A stretch of 64,000 nt of DNA, taken from Oscillospiraceae bacterium. Its GTDB lineage: Bacteria > Bacillota > Clostridia > Oscillospirales > Oscillospiraceae. The position numbers and the translations under genes are program-made. The DNA lies in contig JAZNZR010000087.1 of the NCBI GenBank assembly GCA_045595025.1, forward strand, positions 1,066-65,065, read 5' to 3'. Positions 17,255 through 27,424 of this stretch are shown piece by piece. Positions within the stretch are counted from its first letter, which is position 1. The number at the start of each line of letters is the position of its first letter. Below the pieces are notes generated by a model that saw only the letters and a list, made by a program, of their open reading frames with translations, was not told the DNA's origin and ran no database searches.

Positions 17255-17917
17255 TCAAGGCATATCGAAGGAAAAGCTGTTCAAAATACCCACGCTCTCA
17301 AAAACATCCTCTGTTCCATATACGCGAATCAAGGCAGTATTGCCTCCTATCCTTGCATAAAATGAGTGCTGTCCACTCGTTTCATTCTCAAAATAGAAAA
17401 CATCCGCCAATTTCTCGTTATCCTCCATTTCAACAGGAAGCAGGTAGCTAGCCTCGCCTGATGTGAGCGGGTTAATATCCGCTGTTTTAGCAGTATCCAG
17501 ATAATAGAGGAAGGAACAGCTTTGAGCATCTTCGTTTGAGAACAGGATGAAGCATTCTTCTTCGTCCGGATAGAAAATCATTTGGGAAAAGTCAAGGGAA
17601 TCGGAAACAGGCCAGAGGATACTCTTTATTTGATTAGAAACTTGTATTACATCATTTTTGCTGCTGATGCCATTTATGGAGTAATCATTATCGCTTATAA
17701 ATGACTCGAAATCTTCACCCGTAAGCTCTATTGAAGCAGCAAATGAATCATACTCATCAACACTTTCGAAGATCAGAGTGCTCGGTGGCTCAATATCGGC
17801 TTGGGATACCTGAGGTGTCGGAGTGATGGTCAACTCATCGGCAGAGCAACCGCACAGCAAAAAGATAAGCATAGCCAAGGCGATGGAAAGCAACATAATG
17901 CTTATTTTTCTTTTCAT
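17255..17917 (-). CDS. Lipoprotein, unknown function
   Basis: MKRKISIMLLSIALAMLIFLLCGC lipobox. Confidence 0.7.
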   Translation of the reverse strand: MKRKISIMLLSIALAMLIFLLCGCSADELTITPTPQVSQADIEPPSTLIFESVDEYDSFAASIELTGEDFESFISDNDYSINGISSKNDVIQVSNQIKSILWPVSDSLDFSQMIFYPDEEECFILFSNEDAQSCSFLYYLDTAKTADINPLTSGEASYLLPVEMEDNEKLADVFYFENETSGQHSFYARIGGNTALIRVYGTEDVFESVGILNSFSFDMP

Positions 17918-18000
17918 ATAGAGCCTCCTCTGATCCTTAATTCTAAATCATGCAAAGGAATAGACACGACCTGCGTTGTTTAAGGCCTGGCAGAATAGTT

Positions 18001-18342
18001 TTACTCCATCAACTTCACTGAAATTGCAATATACGATGTATCTATTTGGGGATTAGAAGCTGCTGTTTTTTCATAAGTGTATGAAACGCTTATTTTATCT
18101 CCATAACATATCCCATCAGTACTTGCTCCTGGAGCGTAACCAAATCGATATATATGCTCATTGGAATCCACGACGAGAAAACCCCAATTTTCTGTTTTAT
18201 AGAATGTCCCTTCGATAGTGCCAGCGTTCTTATTCAACAGGTAGTTATCATTAGGCAAGTTGTTAAGGTAGTACAGAATTGCGGAAATACAAACTACTAT
18301 CAATGTCAGAATCAATAGTGTTGTTTTAGTTGCTTTTCTCAT
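18001..18342 (-). CDS. Small N-terminally anchored protein, unknown function
   Basis: Start set at ATG 18342 (GAGAGG SD). MRKATKTTLLILTLIVVCISAILYY anchor. Confidence 0.6.
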   Translation of the reverse strand: MRKATKTTLLILTLIVVCISAILYYLNNLPNDNYLLNKNAGTIEGTFYKTENWGFLVVDSNEHIYRFGYAPGASTDGICYGDKISVSYTYEKTAASNPQIDTSYIAISVKLME

Positions 18343-18651
18343 AATGTTATCCTCTCGTGGGTGAATCACGTTCACATATACAAGTATTGATACAAGGTAT
18401 ATATATAGCGGAATTACCTTCCTTCACAAGCGTAAAGGTATCAAAGTAGCCGTTAGTTGTAACAGTGCCTGTACTATAAATAATCTGTAGCTAGCACATC
18501 GGCCGCTACGGCAAACATCTCTTGCCTAATAAGAAGAACTGTTTTTCAACTGTTATCTAGATCAATTAGTTTTAGCTTGTGCTGATTTCTGCATGGAATT
18601 GGGAGTATCCATGGGTACTCCCAATTTCAGTAAAAACATCGTTTTTCGTTG

Positions 18652-19422
18652 TCACCCTACACGTTCCATGGTGACTTGGGAAACCATGGGCTCACGCATC
18701 TCTGGGCTTACCCACGAAATACAGTTGCCATACTTAAAATCTCCCGCCATATACAAAACACACTCTCCGTCCTTTTCTACACTTATGGCACACTGACTTA
18801 TCTCATTACTGCTCAACGAGTATGTTTCCAATTTACGATATAGTGTCTGCAAATCATTAAATGAAGAGGCCTCCGATTCTACACTCAACTCAAGTTTGCG
18901 TCCGTCAATTTGTCGGGCACTTGAAAAATTCATAGTTTTAACTTTAAATGGGCTCTCCTCCACAATCAAATTAACAGCATCCTCTGGCATTAATGTATCA
19001 TACGCTTCTGCTATAGACACATTTTTTATGCTCTCAACTGGCTTGGATACTCCCGGTCTGTATAGGTCATAAATCAAGCTCCCCTCCGTGTCATAGATGT
19101 ATATTGAAATATCTTCAACATTTTCGATGATGTTATCTCCATGAATTGCTTCATATATTGCCTGTATGGCTTTAACATCATTTAATGTACAATACCCTGT
19201 TCCGGATGAATTTAGTTTTACCGTAAGGAGTTTGTCTTCTATATTAACAGATGAATAATCTATTTCTTTTATCTCAAGATAGCTTTGAATATTGCGCTCA
19301 GTTTCACTTTTAGATGATGCGGCTATTATGCTTACAACGATAAATGCGAAGATTGCGCAGCAGCAAATCCCCAAAATTATCATCAGAGAAAAATGCTTCC
19401 CATTATCAGCTTTTTTAGGCAT
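18652..19422 (-). CDS. N-terminally anchored extracytoplasmic protein, unknown function
   Basis: 256 aa. One TM segment (HFSLMIILGICCCAIFAFIVVSIIA). Confidence 0.65.
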   Translation of the reverse strand: MPKKADNGKHFSLMIILGICCCAIFAFIVVSIIAASSKSETERNIQSYLEIKEIDYSSVNIEDKLLTVKLNSSGTGYCTLNDVKAIQAIYEAIHGDNIIENVEDISIYIYDTEGSLIYDLYRPGVSKPVESIKNVSIAEAYDTLMPEDAVNLIVEESPFKVKTMNFSSARQIDGRKLELSVESEASSFNDLQTLYRKLETYSLSSNEISQCAISVEKDGECVLYMAGDFKYGNCISWVSPEMREPMVSQVTMERVG

Positions 19423-19635
19423 ATCATTTCCTCCTTTTTAAGTGCAGTCTTCAATTATAATCCCGACACATCGAACTGGTGCGAGACCACCAAATACCGA
19501 ACACGCAATAAATATGAAGCTGATCGGAACAGTCACTACCGCCCTCCTAAAATTCAGATGCCTATTCTGAGGATAAATACAAGACCTGCACCCAATCTAT
19601 TGTTCCTTGACTACTGAACTAACGAATTGGGGTAA

Positions 19636-20118
19636 TCAGAACTCCGGCAGCTCGCTGTATTCCTCCGGCCATCCCCCAAAGTCACTATAAAAATCAGCAT
19701 TATACTCCTCGTTTTCAATCCCCTTATATATAGAGTGCGTGTAGTTGAAATGCTTTTGTTGTGGATCAGTTCCTACGCCGAACGAAAGCTTTATTTGTCC
19801 CCAAATTTCATCTATGGCGTCGAAATAATCATCCACTATCTCATCGGTGCAGATGAAGGCTGTCACACACTGATATATCTCATTTGCAAGCTCATATTCG
19901 GTGTCTTCCTGAAGCCTGCACTCCACCACAAGGGAATCTCCATAGCCAATCTTCATTCCAAACTCATCGATACAGCTGTAGCTATTCATAAGCTCCCTGC
20001 GGAACTTGCGAACGTAGGAGTGATTAAAAGGCTGGAAGGTGGCGCAAGCAGCAAGATTCAGACAAAGGGTAATAGCTAAGACTAAAGTGGCTATTGACAC
20101 AATCCTTTTCATCTCCAT
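19636..20118 (-). CDS. Small lipoprotein (intact paralogue of 25547..26070)
   Basis: MEMKRIVSIATLVLAITLCLNLAAC lipobox. The mature part is highly similar to the 25.5-kb copy at both DNA and protein level. Confidence 0.75.
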   Translation of the reverse strand: MEMKRIVSIATLVLAITLCLNLAACATFQPFNHSYVRKFRRELMNSYSCIDEFGMKIGYGDSLVVECRLQEDTEYELANEIYQCVTAFICTDEIVDDYFDAIDEIWGQIKLSFGVGTDPQQKHFNYTHSIYKGIENEEYNADFYSDFGGWPEEYSELPEF

Positions 20119-20287
20119 GATCCCTCCTGTGGCCCTTTATATGTAGTACGAAAAAGCAGAAAAAAGTTCCAAATAGATATATTCCATTTAGGTCCTTCCC
20201 TTTGAGGGAGAACCTTTAACTTGTGCAATCGTAGGGGCGTGCGAGTTTCAACATGCTTCCCACCTCGCGACATGGCCGCTCGACACC

Positions 20288-21130
20288 TTACAGTTGGTGC
20301 TTTGAATCAATAAACGGCGAATACATCATAAGTGCGGCGTTCTTAAAAAGAAATTCCTCGGCAAGCAACTGACCGGATTTGTCGAATACCTTTCTGAATA
20401 TTTCATTATGCCTGCTGTATCCGCCCCAGTACTCACCGCGCATGAAGTGATTCCGTTCAATTATCTCGTATTCAAATTCGCTTTCTCCGCTGCATCTGAA
20501 CTCCCCCTGGAGAAACTCATCCCCAACCCGGACTCTCAGCTGATATGTATCCTGAGTGTTGTTTTGAATCATTAAATCGCCATGGGGATAATAGCAGGTA
20601 GCCCCTGTGCCAAAAGGCTGTGTCCTGTGGGCATCCGGGAAAACATCATATCCGTGTCTGTGCCTCTCCACAACTGTAAGGGGTGTATGCAGCGCCATCC
20701 AGAATATAAGATTGGATAGCTGGCAGAGCCCTCCGCCCACACCGCTGCAAACCTTTCCGCCATTGAGGATCATACCCTCCATATAGCTTTTTTTACGGCT
20801 GGGGTTTCCGATAAGCTTCCAGTAGGAAAACACTTCCCCCGGCTTAATCAAAATGCCGTCCATACATTCTGCAGCAATTTTAAGGTTATTTATTTTGTTG
20901 TACTGCAGCTGCATGTCTACGTCTTTCAAATGCCTTAAAAGTGGTGTTCTATGAGAAAAACACTTAAACTCAAGGTCGTTTGCAGCCTTTTCATTGGCGA
21001 AATATCTGTTCATTTCAATCCAGAGCAGTTTTCGTCTAAAAGAATAATACTTCATGCCGGCGAAAGCGCGGAGTTTCGAGCGGGTAATCGGCTCTCTGGT
21101 TGCCTGTTCAGCCTCTTTGTTGCTATTCAT
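20288..21130 (-). CDS. VanW-family protein
   Basis: Start set at ATG 21130 (AAGGAGGA SD). GGGLCQLSNLIFWMALHTPLTVVERHRHGYDVFPD...GTGATCYYP matches the VanW/YoaR core pattern. Confidence 0.8.
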   Translation of the reverse strand: MNSNKEAEQATREPITRSKLRAFAGMKYYSFRRKLLWIEMNRYFANEKAANDLEFKCFSHRTPLLRHLKDVDMQLQYNKINNLKIAAECMDGILIKPGEVFSYWKLIGNPSRKKSYMEGMILNGGKVCSGVGGGLCQLSNLIFWMALHTPLTVVERHRHGYDVFPDAHRTQPFGTGATCYYPHGDLMIQNNTQDTYQLRVRVGDEFLQGEFRCSGESEFEYEIIERNHFMRGEYWGGYSRHNEIFRKVFDKSGQLLAEEFLFKNAALMMYSPFIDSKHQL

Positions 21131-21174
21131 GCTTATCCTCCTTTGCTTTTCGCATGCCCCTTTTTCCGCTTTGG

Positions 21175-21516
21175 TCATGCGGGCTCATCGCTGCCATCCC
21201 CCTCGAATACGAGATAGAAGCCCTCCGCATCCATGAGATAGAGGTCGCAGCCGAAAATCCAAAGAGGTTGGTTCAGATACTGTTCCTCCACGTTCACGCC
21301 CTTGTATATCATTTCAGGCATCTCGGAGGGGTCATCCAGTATGTACTCAAGCTTACCCGGCGTCCGGGCGTTTTCTGGAAGCTCTGTGACGGTGCTTCCG
21401 TTATGGGTGTAAACATGTCTGCCCCAGAATATCTGAGGCTCGGAGCTCTTTCCGCAGCCTGCAAGCAGAAGCACAAGCAGAAGCAATATAGCTACAGCCT
21501 TTTTCATCTTCGTCAT
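21175..21516 (-). CDS. Small lipoprotein sharing a domain with the N-terminus of 22519..24747
   Basis: MTKMKKAVAILLLLVLLLAGC lipobox. GRHVYTHNGSTVTELPE...YKGVNVEEQYLNQPLW...LYLMDAEGFYLVFE parallels DGRVYTYTGSEEFPVGP...FYGTNLDEKYAGQPIY...LYLFIFDEWGHFLPFE. Confidence 0.7.
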   Translation of the reverse strand: MTKMKKAVAILLLLVLLLAGCGKSSEPQIFWGRHVYTHNGSTVTELPENARTPGKLEYILDDPSEMPEMIYKGVNVEEQYLNQPLWIFGCDLYLMDAEGFYLVFEGDGSDEPA

Positions 21517-21740
21517 CCTCCCGTGCGTACTTATAGAATAAGACGAGAAAAAATGTAAAAAGTTTCAATAAAATACCTTTTGGGCTCCCTTGTGTAAAGG
21601 GAGCTGTCGCGAAGCGGCTGAGGGATTGTAAGTTTTGCGCCCGGCCCGAAGCCGACTGATGAGGGTATTGGCGGTATTATTTTTACGGCGGGTTGAGGGC
21701 AGCCCGCCCTACGGAAAGCGTGGATAGCAGGCATCACCGT

Positions 21741-21764
21741 GGGGCGGACCGATGTGTCCGCCCT
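21741..21764. repeat. GC-rich hairpin GGGGCGGAC-N6-GTCCGCCC (family member)
   Basis: Same stem as 27656-27679. Embedded in a GC-rich intergenic block that yields only nonsense ORFs. Confidence 0.6.
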
Positions 21765-21920
21765 TTATTAATCCCTGCGTTGTTCTGCCTTGTAGGGAAG
21801 GATTGCGGTACCTGTGTATATTGCAGCAGTGTATATGAAGCTCGACTGCCTCGTGGCGAACCCACGGGGCAGTTGAGCTTTTCAAAGAACGGGCTCTTGC
21901 TGAATTTGCCCTTTTTCTGC

Positions 21921-22490
21921 TTAGTAATAAATGCTACTGTCTTCCTGGAACATAAAATAGTATAGGCCGTTCAGCTCCACATACTGCAGCTGCTCTGTGC
22001 CGGTGCCGGTACTGCCGTAATCCGGCTCCGTGGAACTGATACCCATATAGAAGTTATATTTGGGCACACCACGCTTCACGTCTTTGAATATACTGTAGGC
22101 ATAGTGCTCCCGACGGGCGTATTCCGCGAACTCATTGAAGTAGGGACCCAGACTCTTGGACATGTAATATTCCTCCACAAGGCTGTGGGAGCCAAGTTCG
22201 AATTCCGCATACACGGAAAATGCTTTATCCCACCCAAGCACATTTTTGTTTGCACCGGGGCTGCAGATAAAGGCAGCAGAGTTTTCGTCAATGCGCACAA
22301 GGGCGTACTCATCCAACTTCAGCAATATTTCCTCGTATTCCATTTCCTTTTTGAGTCTTTGCTCGAAGGAAGCGGTCTTTTCAATAATAACGAAAACTGC
22401 TGCAATGATAATAGCTGCGAGCACAAGAATGAGGGCTATTTTCCTTGTCTTTTTGTCCATAAGCATACCAATCCTTTCATCAATACTCAC
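21921..22490 (-). CDS. N-terminally anchored protein, unknown function
   Basis: 189 aa. TM segment KIALILVLAAIIIAAVFVII. Confidence 0.6.
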   Translation of the reverse strand: MSIDERIGMLMDKKTRKIALILVLAAIIIAAVFVIIEKTASFEQRLKKEMEYEEILLKLDEYALVRIDENSAAFICSPGANKNVLGWDKAFSVYAEFELGSHSLVEEYYMSKSLGPYFNEFAEYARREHYAYSIFKDVKRGVPKYNFYMGISSTEPDYGSTGTGTEQLQYVELNGLYYFMFQEDSSIYY

Positions 22491-22518
22491 GCATTCATAT
22501 CGGCATACCGCCGGCGTG

Positions 22519-24747
22519 TCAGTCGGCGTAATTCAGTCCGTCAAACACCTTATTGCCCATAGTTTCACCGGCAGGGGTATCAACGGAATAAGAGTTTATG
22601 CCGCATAGATGCAGGTAATACTCTCTGCCTGCCTTGTCGGCCACAAGCAGCCACTCCTTGTTATCGGTGCCCAGAATGCTGAAGGGCGTACCCTTTTCCA
22701 GCACAAGCGGTTGGGCGGAAATGTCTCTTTCTCTGTAGGCGTAAACCTGACAGAGCAGAGGGGTGTATTTGCTGGGAGGAGGCCATACTCCGTCAACGGG
22801 ATAGAATGTGAACTCAAAATCATCCACATAGTAGAAATCCCGCTCCACCTCACGGACTTTGCTGCCGTTATTTTGCAAAAGCCATGTATGCTCGGCATAC
22901 CATGTCTGGAACACGTCAAGCCGGGCCGGACCCGTCATGTGGTGATTGCCATCGAAGCTGAGATTGCTCACATGGCAGGGGACATAGCCATGGTACTGCA
23001 GCAAGCTGCTGTGATTAAAGGTGAAAAAGTGGGTTTTGGGGTCTCCGCTGGGACCATTGTCAAAGACACAAATCTTAGGGCTGTAGTCACCTTTATATGT
23101 TCTGACTATGTAATAATTGGGGAACTGATCCGGCTCGGGATTCAGGTCCGCTCCCAGGTAGAATTCAAGCTGATCCAGATATTCAACGCCGTTCACAGTG
23201 AGAGACCAAATGCCGTATATGTCGCTTGCTTTCATACACAGCACTTCATTGGCGCCGTCTCCGTCAAGATCTATCACAACGCTCTCGCCGTAAGGTACAG
23301 CAATAACATCGCCGCCATCATCATATACCGAGTTTTCGGTGATTGCAGCCTCGCGGCGGGCTATCTCGTTAATGCATTCCTCATGCTCTTCCTTTATGGC
23401 CTTGTTGAGGTCTTTGGCGGAGAAGTAATCAACGCTTAATTCCTCTATGTAGAAATACTCTTCGCCTGCCGTGTCTATGCCAAGAGGCATACGGCGGCTG
23501 AGACAGTAAAACTCACCATCGCTATTGAAAAGAAAACGCTCAGTGGTCTCGCCTGCAGCCTTATTTCCATCAGGCAAACCGGCCGCTACCGGGTCTATTG
23601 CGAAACAGATGGCGAAGCCGTTCTCAAGCTCCTCCCAACCCGTGTACTGCCGTCCACAATTCATGCTGCCGAAGAAATTGGGCATAGCTGGCAGCTCCTC
23701 CAAGGGGTACCAAACTCCATTGCTGCCGCTCTGCTCATAAGAGTAGCCCTTGCCGTCAACCACCAGATAGCGCTGGGAATAGCCCTGTCCGGCATCGGTG
23801 AGAAGCCAGTCCGTGTCGTTGTAAAAAAGCGTGGCGCGATTTGTGATGACACCCAAACCATACATCTTGCTGACACTCGCAGACTCAGTGCTAAGCACTT
23901 TTTTAATAGCCGCGAGGCACCTCTGTTCCTGCTCGCTGCCCGCTCCCTTTATTGGTCCTATCACAACTTCCCCGCCGTACGTGCTGAAGAGAAATGTGCT
24001 GTTTTCCGGGAGAGAGGCGCTTATGGCTTCGGGGTCTGTAAAACTGGCTTCAAGGAGCGGTCCTATGGGGCTTCTGCCCTTTTCCACGTCCAGCTCACCA
24101 TTTTCGCCTATGAAGAAGCGGATATAGTTGCAATAGCCCTCTTCATGGAAGGTATAACGGATGATGGAGTCTCCGTCCTCATCTTTTCGGACTATGAAGC
24201 ATTTCTGCTGCCCCTCAACAATGGAGGCTGTGTCTGCCCAGATAGTCTTAGCGCTTATGCTGTCCGCAAGGATTATTTCTACACTATTGGAATACTCTGT
24301 GACAGTGATAAAGTCGCTCTGCCCATCACGGTTAAAGTCGCCCCGTGCTACCTCGGTGGGGCCGCTGACAATATCGCCTTTTGGCAGCTCAAAGGGCAAA
24401 AAATGGCCCCATTCATCAAAAATAAAAAGATATAATCTGCCGTCGAGGCAGGCGTAAATGGGCTGTCCGGCGTACTTTTCGTCAAGATTTGTGCCGTAAA
24501 AGTCCTTCTCCGGCTCTTCACCGCTGCGGTGGACTATGCCCTCCAGCATACCAATCTCCCAGATGGGGCCGACGGGGAATTCCTCGCTGCCGGTGTAGGT
24601 ATACACTCTGCCATCCACCCTTATCTGCGCCTCATGCTCAACAGGGACTGTAAGAAGGCAGGCAGCGGCCACGATACAGACCAGCACGGCGGCGATTATC
24701 ATGGCAAAGGCGGGCTTTCTCCACTTTATAGCTATAATCTTTTTCAT
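22519..24747 (-). CDS. Large anchored extracytoplasmic protein with FG-GAP/VCBS-like DxDxDG motifs
   Basis: Start set at ATG 24747 (GGAGGG SD). TM anchor FAMIIAAVLVCIVAAACLL. DFNRDGQSDF and DLDGDGANEV calcium-loop-like motifs. Confidence 0.7.
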   Translation of the reverse strand: MKKIIAIKWRKPAFAMIIAAVLVCIVAAACLLTVPVEHEAQIRVDGRVYTYTGSEEFPVGPIWEIGMLEGIVHRSGEEPEKDFYGTNLDEKYAGQPIYACLDGRLYLFIFDEWGHFLPFELPKGDIVSGPTEVARGDFNRDGQSDFITVTEYSNSVEIILADSISAKTIWADTASIVEGQQKCFIVRKDEDGDSIIRYTFHEEGYCNYIRFFIGENGELDVEKGRSPIGPLLEASFTDPEAISASLPENSTFLFSTYGGEVVIGPIKGAGSEQEQRCLAAIKKVLSTESASVSKMYGLGVITNRATLFYNDTDWLLTDAGQGYSQRYLVVDGKGYSYEQSGSNGVWYPLEELPAMPNFFGSMNCGRQYTGWEELENGFAICFAIDPVAAGLPDGNKAAGETTERFLFNSDGEFYCLSRRMPLGIDTAGEEYFYIEELSVDYFSAKDLNKAIKEEHEECINEIARREAAITENSVYDDGGDVIAVPYGESVVIDLDGDGANEVLCMKASDIYGIWSLTVNGVEYLDQLEFYLGADLNPEPDQFPNYYIVRTYKGDYSPKICVFDNGPSGDPKTHFFTFNHSSLLQYHGYVPCHVSNLSFDGNHHMTGPARLDVFQTWYAEHTWLLQNNGSKVREVERDFYYVDDFEFTFYPVDGVWPPPSKYTPLLCQVYAYRERDISAQPLVLEKGTPFSILGTDNKEWLLVADKAGREYYLHLCGINSYSVDTPAGETMGNKVFDGLNYAD

Positions 24748-25004
24748 CTGCATCATCCCTCCTGTGGTCATTTACTAACAAATGCTTCTTTTGCGGCAGA
24801 CTGAGGTCAAGCCAACCTGCGCTTAGCTAATTTATATTACCCTCTGGTGACGAAATACCGTGGCCAATCTCAGGCTGCCTTATACCCTACATATCCAAGC
24901 GCGTTATAAACCAAAAGCAAATCCGGCCGTTCAACATTGTCTCATGTCTCAGGACCATACTATGCTTCGTTTCATTGTGGTTAACGTACATAAATTCCAA
25001 TTTA

Positions 25005-25421
25005 TCATTCCATGTTCCCGTTTTGAATTTCATGGTAAGTCTTTTCCAGAAGCTCGTACAATTTTTTTGTATCTGCTGTGTAGTTCTCATTATTAAGCGA
25101 AAGTGTACTCTCATCAAACTCAACCCAAATATTATCGCCATCAGAACATTGCAGGTTGATGTGATAGAAATACTCACCCATTCGCTCCGGTCTGGCATCA
25201 GTTTTTTCAATGGCGAGGCTGTTAATAATAGACACAATTTCGTTTATACGGTCATCATCTGCAATAGTAAAATTCACTGTGTTCTGTGGATAAATACGAA
25301 ACTCAATATACGAAACCGCATCGCCCTCAATAGGGACAACACTTTTTTCAGCAAAAAAATCGATAACGCCCAAAAGAAGCACAGCAGCAATTAACAGTAT
25401 AATAATTTTCTTGAGACTCAT
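25005..25421 (-). CDS. Small N-terminally anchored protein, unknown function
   Basis: MSLKKIIILLIAAVLLLGVIDFF anchor. 138 aa. Confidence 0.6.
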   Translation of the reverse strand: MSLKKIIILLIAAVLLLGVIDFFAEKSVVPIEGDAVSYIEFRIYPQNTVNFTIADDDRINEIVSIINSLAIEKTDARPERMGEYFYHINLQCSDGDNIWVEFDESTLSLNNENYTADTKKLYELLEKTYHEIQNGNME

Positions 25422-25444
25422 TTTATTTCACCCTTTGCGTCCTA

Positions 25445-25478
25445 TTTCAAAAAAGGAGCGGTATTTCTCCCGCTCCTT
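25445..25478 (-). terminator. Rho-independent terminator
   Basis: 9-bp stem AAGGAGCGG / CCGCTCCTT. The reverse strand is followed by TTTTGAAA. Confidence 0.65.
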
Positions 25479-25546
25479 AAAGCATTTATGCCGTCTGTTG
25501 CGAAAGAGCTTCTAAATTGACTACCTAAACTAATGAATTGGGGTAA

Positions 25547-26070
25547 TTAAAACTCTGGCAACGCGCTGTATTCCTCGGGCCATCCGGGAAAGCCACTATA
25601 AATATCAACAGGATACTCTTCGCCTTCTATTGATTCATAAAATTCAAGGTCATAGAAAAAATGTTTCTCTCTGGGGTCTGTACCTATGCAGAACCCAAGC
25701 TTTATTTGTCCTCTCATTCCTACCGCCATAACAATTGGCTCGCCATTATGTTCATAATCGAAGTTTGCACCGATAACGTCCAGATAGTCATCGACCACTT
25801 CTTGAGTGCAGACGAATTCTGTAACAAGCTGATATATCTCACTTGCAAGCTCATATTCGGTGTCTTCCTGAAGCTTGCAGTCCACCACAAGAGAACCACC
25901 ATATCCTATTTTTATTTCAAACTCATCGATACAGCTGTAGCTATTCATAAGCTCCCTGCGGAACTTACGAACGTAGGAGTGATTAAAGGGCTGAAATGTG
26001 GCACAAGCAGCAAGATCAGACAAAGGGTAATAGCTAAGACTAAAGTGACTATAGATACAATCCTTTTCAT
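25547..26070 (-). pseudogene. Frameshifted paralogue of lipoprotein 19636..20118
   Basis: ATG 26070 with a GGGAGGTG SD encodes MKRIVSIVTLVLAITLCL. A 1-nt deletion follows (AGCAAGAT-CAGAC at 26016/26017 versus AGCAAGATTCAGAC at 20052-20065) and shifts the frame, stopping after 41 aa. The track ORF 25547..26098 restores the mature domain only via an upstream ATG without a signal peptide. Confidence 0.7.
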
Positions 26071-26094
26071 GCTTCACCTCCCGCAAGTGTTGAT

Positions 26095-26862
26095 TCAATC
26101 AGATAGTTTTTTTATGTCTTCCAACATACGCAGAAGTTCTTTTGCATCTACATTTGATGCTCCTATGCTGATGAGGTAAGCTTCCTCGGTATCCGCAAGG
26201 GTTGCCCAGACCTCACCATTTTTATTGACCAATATGCCATCAAACCCATTAATCTTTATCTGCTCCGCAGAATCAGCATTTTCCGTATCTATATTGAACG
26301 TGGTGCCGTTACCAGATGTAATGGAAATATGGAGATAATTATTGTCCTCGTCCAAATAATAAAGACTTGCGGAAAAGCCGTCGGCGTAGTCCTCGTGGTA
26401 AAGCTCATATCCACTAGGAATCTCTGGAAGAGTATACCCAAACATTGCTTTTGCCCCGGAAAAATCTCCCTCATCCCGTCTGTCGGTAGATGGATGCATT
26501 ATGAAAGAAGTGTATACCTCAGAAACTTGAATTATCAGGTTTTTTGTCGCCGTTCTGACCTCGGGAACCGCTGCATATGCCGCAGTGAACAAAATTGATG
26601 CTATCAAAAACACCACGGCAGCCTTGTTGATAAGCCTTTTTACATATTTAGCTGCAGCCTTGGTTTTTTCTTTCCTGAAAGCCCGTTTTACCGTGTTTAA
26701 TATGTGCATCCGAGCATCTTCGGGGATCTCAAATTTAGGATCATTTTTTAGGATGTCATTCTCTTCAATCAACCCCCGTCCCTCGTGTTCAGCCAGATCG
26801 TGCATAAGTACTGCAAAATATGCGTTTTCGTATGCTTCAATCAGTGTTTTGCGCTTAATCAT
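26095..26862 (-). CDS. Anti-sigma factor-like membrane protein (DUF4367-type ectodomain)
   Basis: 255 aa. Cytoplasmic N-domain, one TM (AAVVFLIASILFTAAYAAV), and an ectodomain with the GYTLPEIPSGYEL...INGFDGIL pattern. Overlaps the sigma gene stop. Confidence 0.7.
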   Translation of the reverse strand: MIKRKTLIEAYENAYFAVLMHDLAEHEGRGLIEENDILKNDPKFEIPEDARMHILNTVKRAFRKEKTKAAAKYVKRLINKAAVVFLIASILFTAAYAAVPEVRTATKNLIIQVSEVYTSFIMHPSTDRRDEGDFSGAKAMFGYTLPEIPSGYELYHEDYADGFSASLYYLDEDNNYLHISITSGNGTTFNIDTENADSAEQIKINGFDGILVNKNGEVWATLADTEEAYLISIGASNVDAKELLRMLEDIKKLSD

Positions 26863-27424
26863 ACGTAAATTCCCCCTTAACCAATAATTCCATAGCTTTT
26901 CGCCGTGCTCTAGTCAGATACATCCTTACGCTGCTTGGTTTGCAGCAAATTAGTTCGGCTAATTCTTCGTCATCAAGTCCCAATATGTATTTGCCTTTAA
27001 GCAGGACCATATACTTATCGGGCAAATTGCTCAGAGCTTCCCAGGTAGCTTCAGAAAATTCGGTGTTGAGATAAATGATTTCCGGATTTGTCTCAACAAT
27101 CAAATCATAAAAATCGGAGGTATCGTCTGGTTCTGCAACAAAATATGTATTTTTCAAGCCTTCCCGATGAATGTAATTTATGGCGGTGTTCCTGACAGTA
27201 TTGACAATATATGAGACCAAAGTATAACGGTTCAGTGTTTTTAATATACTGATTTTCTTAATAAGCTTTTCAACGCTGTCCTGAACAATATCTTCAACGG
27301 CTTGTGCATCTTTGGTATATTTCCATGCAGTGCTGAACAGCAGTGGCTCATACCGGATATATAGTTCTGTGAAAAATTGTTGGTCAGTTACTGGAGTGTT
27401 GTCAGCAAATGCAAGTAGTATCAT
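26855..27424 (-). CDS. ECF-type sigma-70 family factor
   Basis: 189 aa. Region 2 (DIVQDSVEKLIKK...RNTAINYIHRE) and region 4 HTH (LSNLPDKYMVLL...ELAELICCKPSSVRMYLTRARRK). Confidence 0.85.
   Translation of the reverse strand: MILLAFADNTPVTDQQFFTELYIRYEPLLFSTAWKYTKDAQAVEDIVQDSVEKLIKKISILKTLNRYTLVSYIVNTVRNTAINYIHREGLKNTYFVAEPDDTSDFYDLIVETNPEIIYLNTEFSEATWEALSNLPDKYMVLLKGKYILGLDDEELAELICCKPSSVRMYLTRARRKAMELLVKGEFTYD

Noticed and set aside
21531-21965. ORFs 21531..21737 (-) and 21693..21965 (+), and likewise 27582..27782 / 27606..27845.
   Set aside because: They span GC-rich hairpin repeats. The translations are Pro/Arg/Gly-rich with no start context, so they are non-coding repeat DNA.
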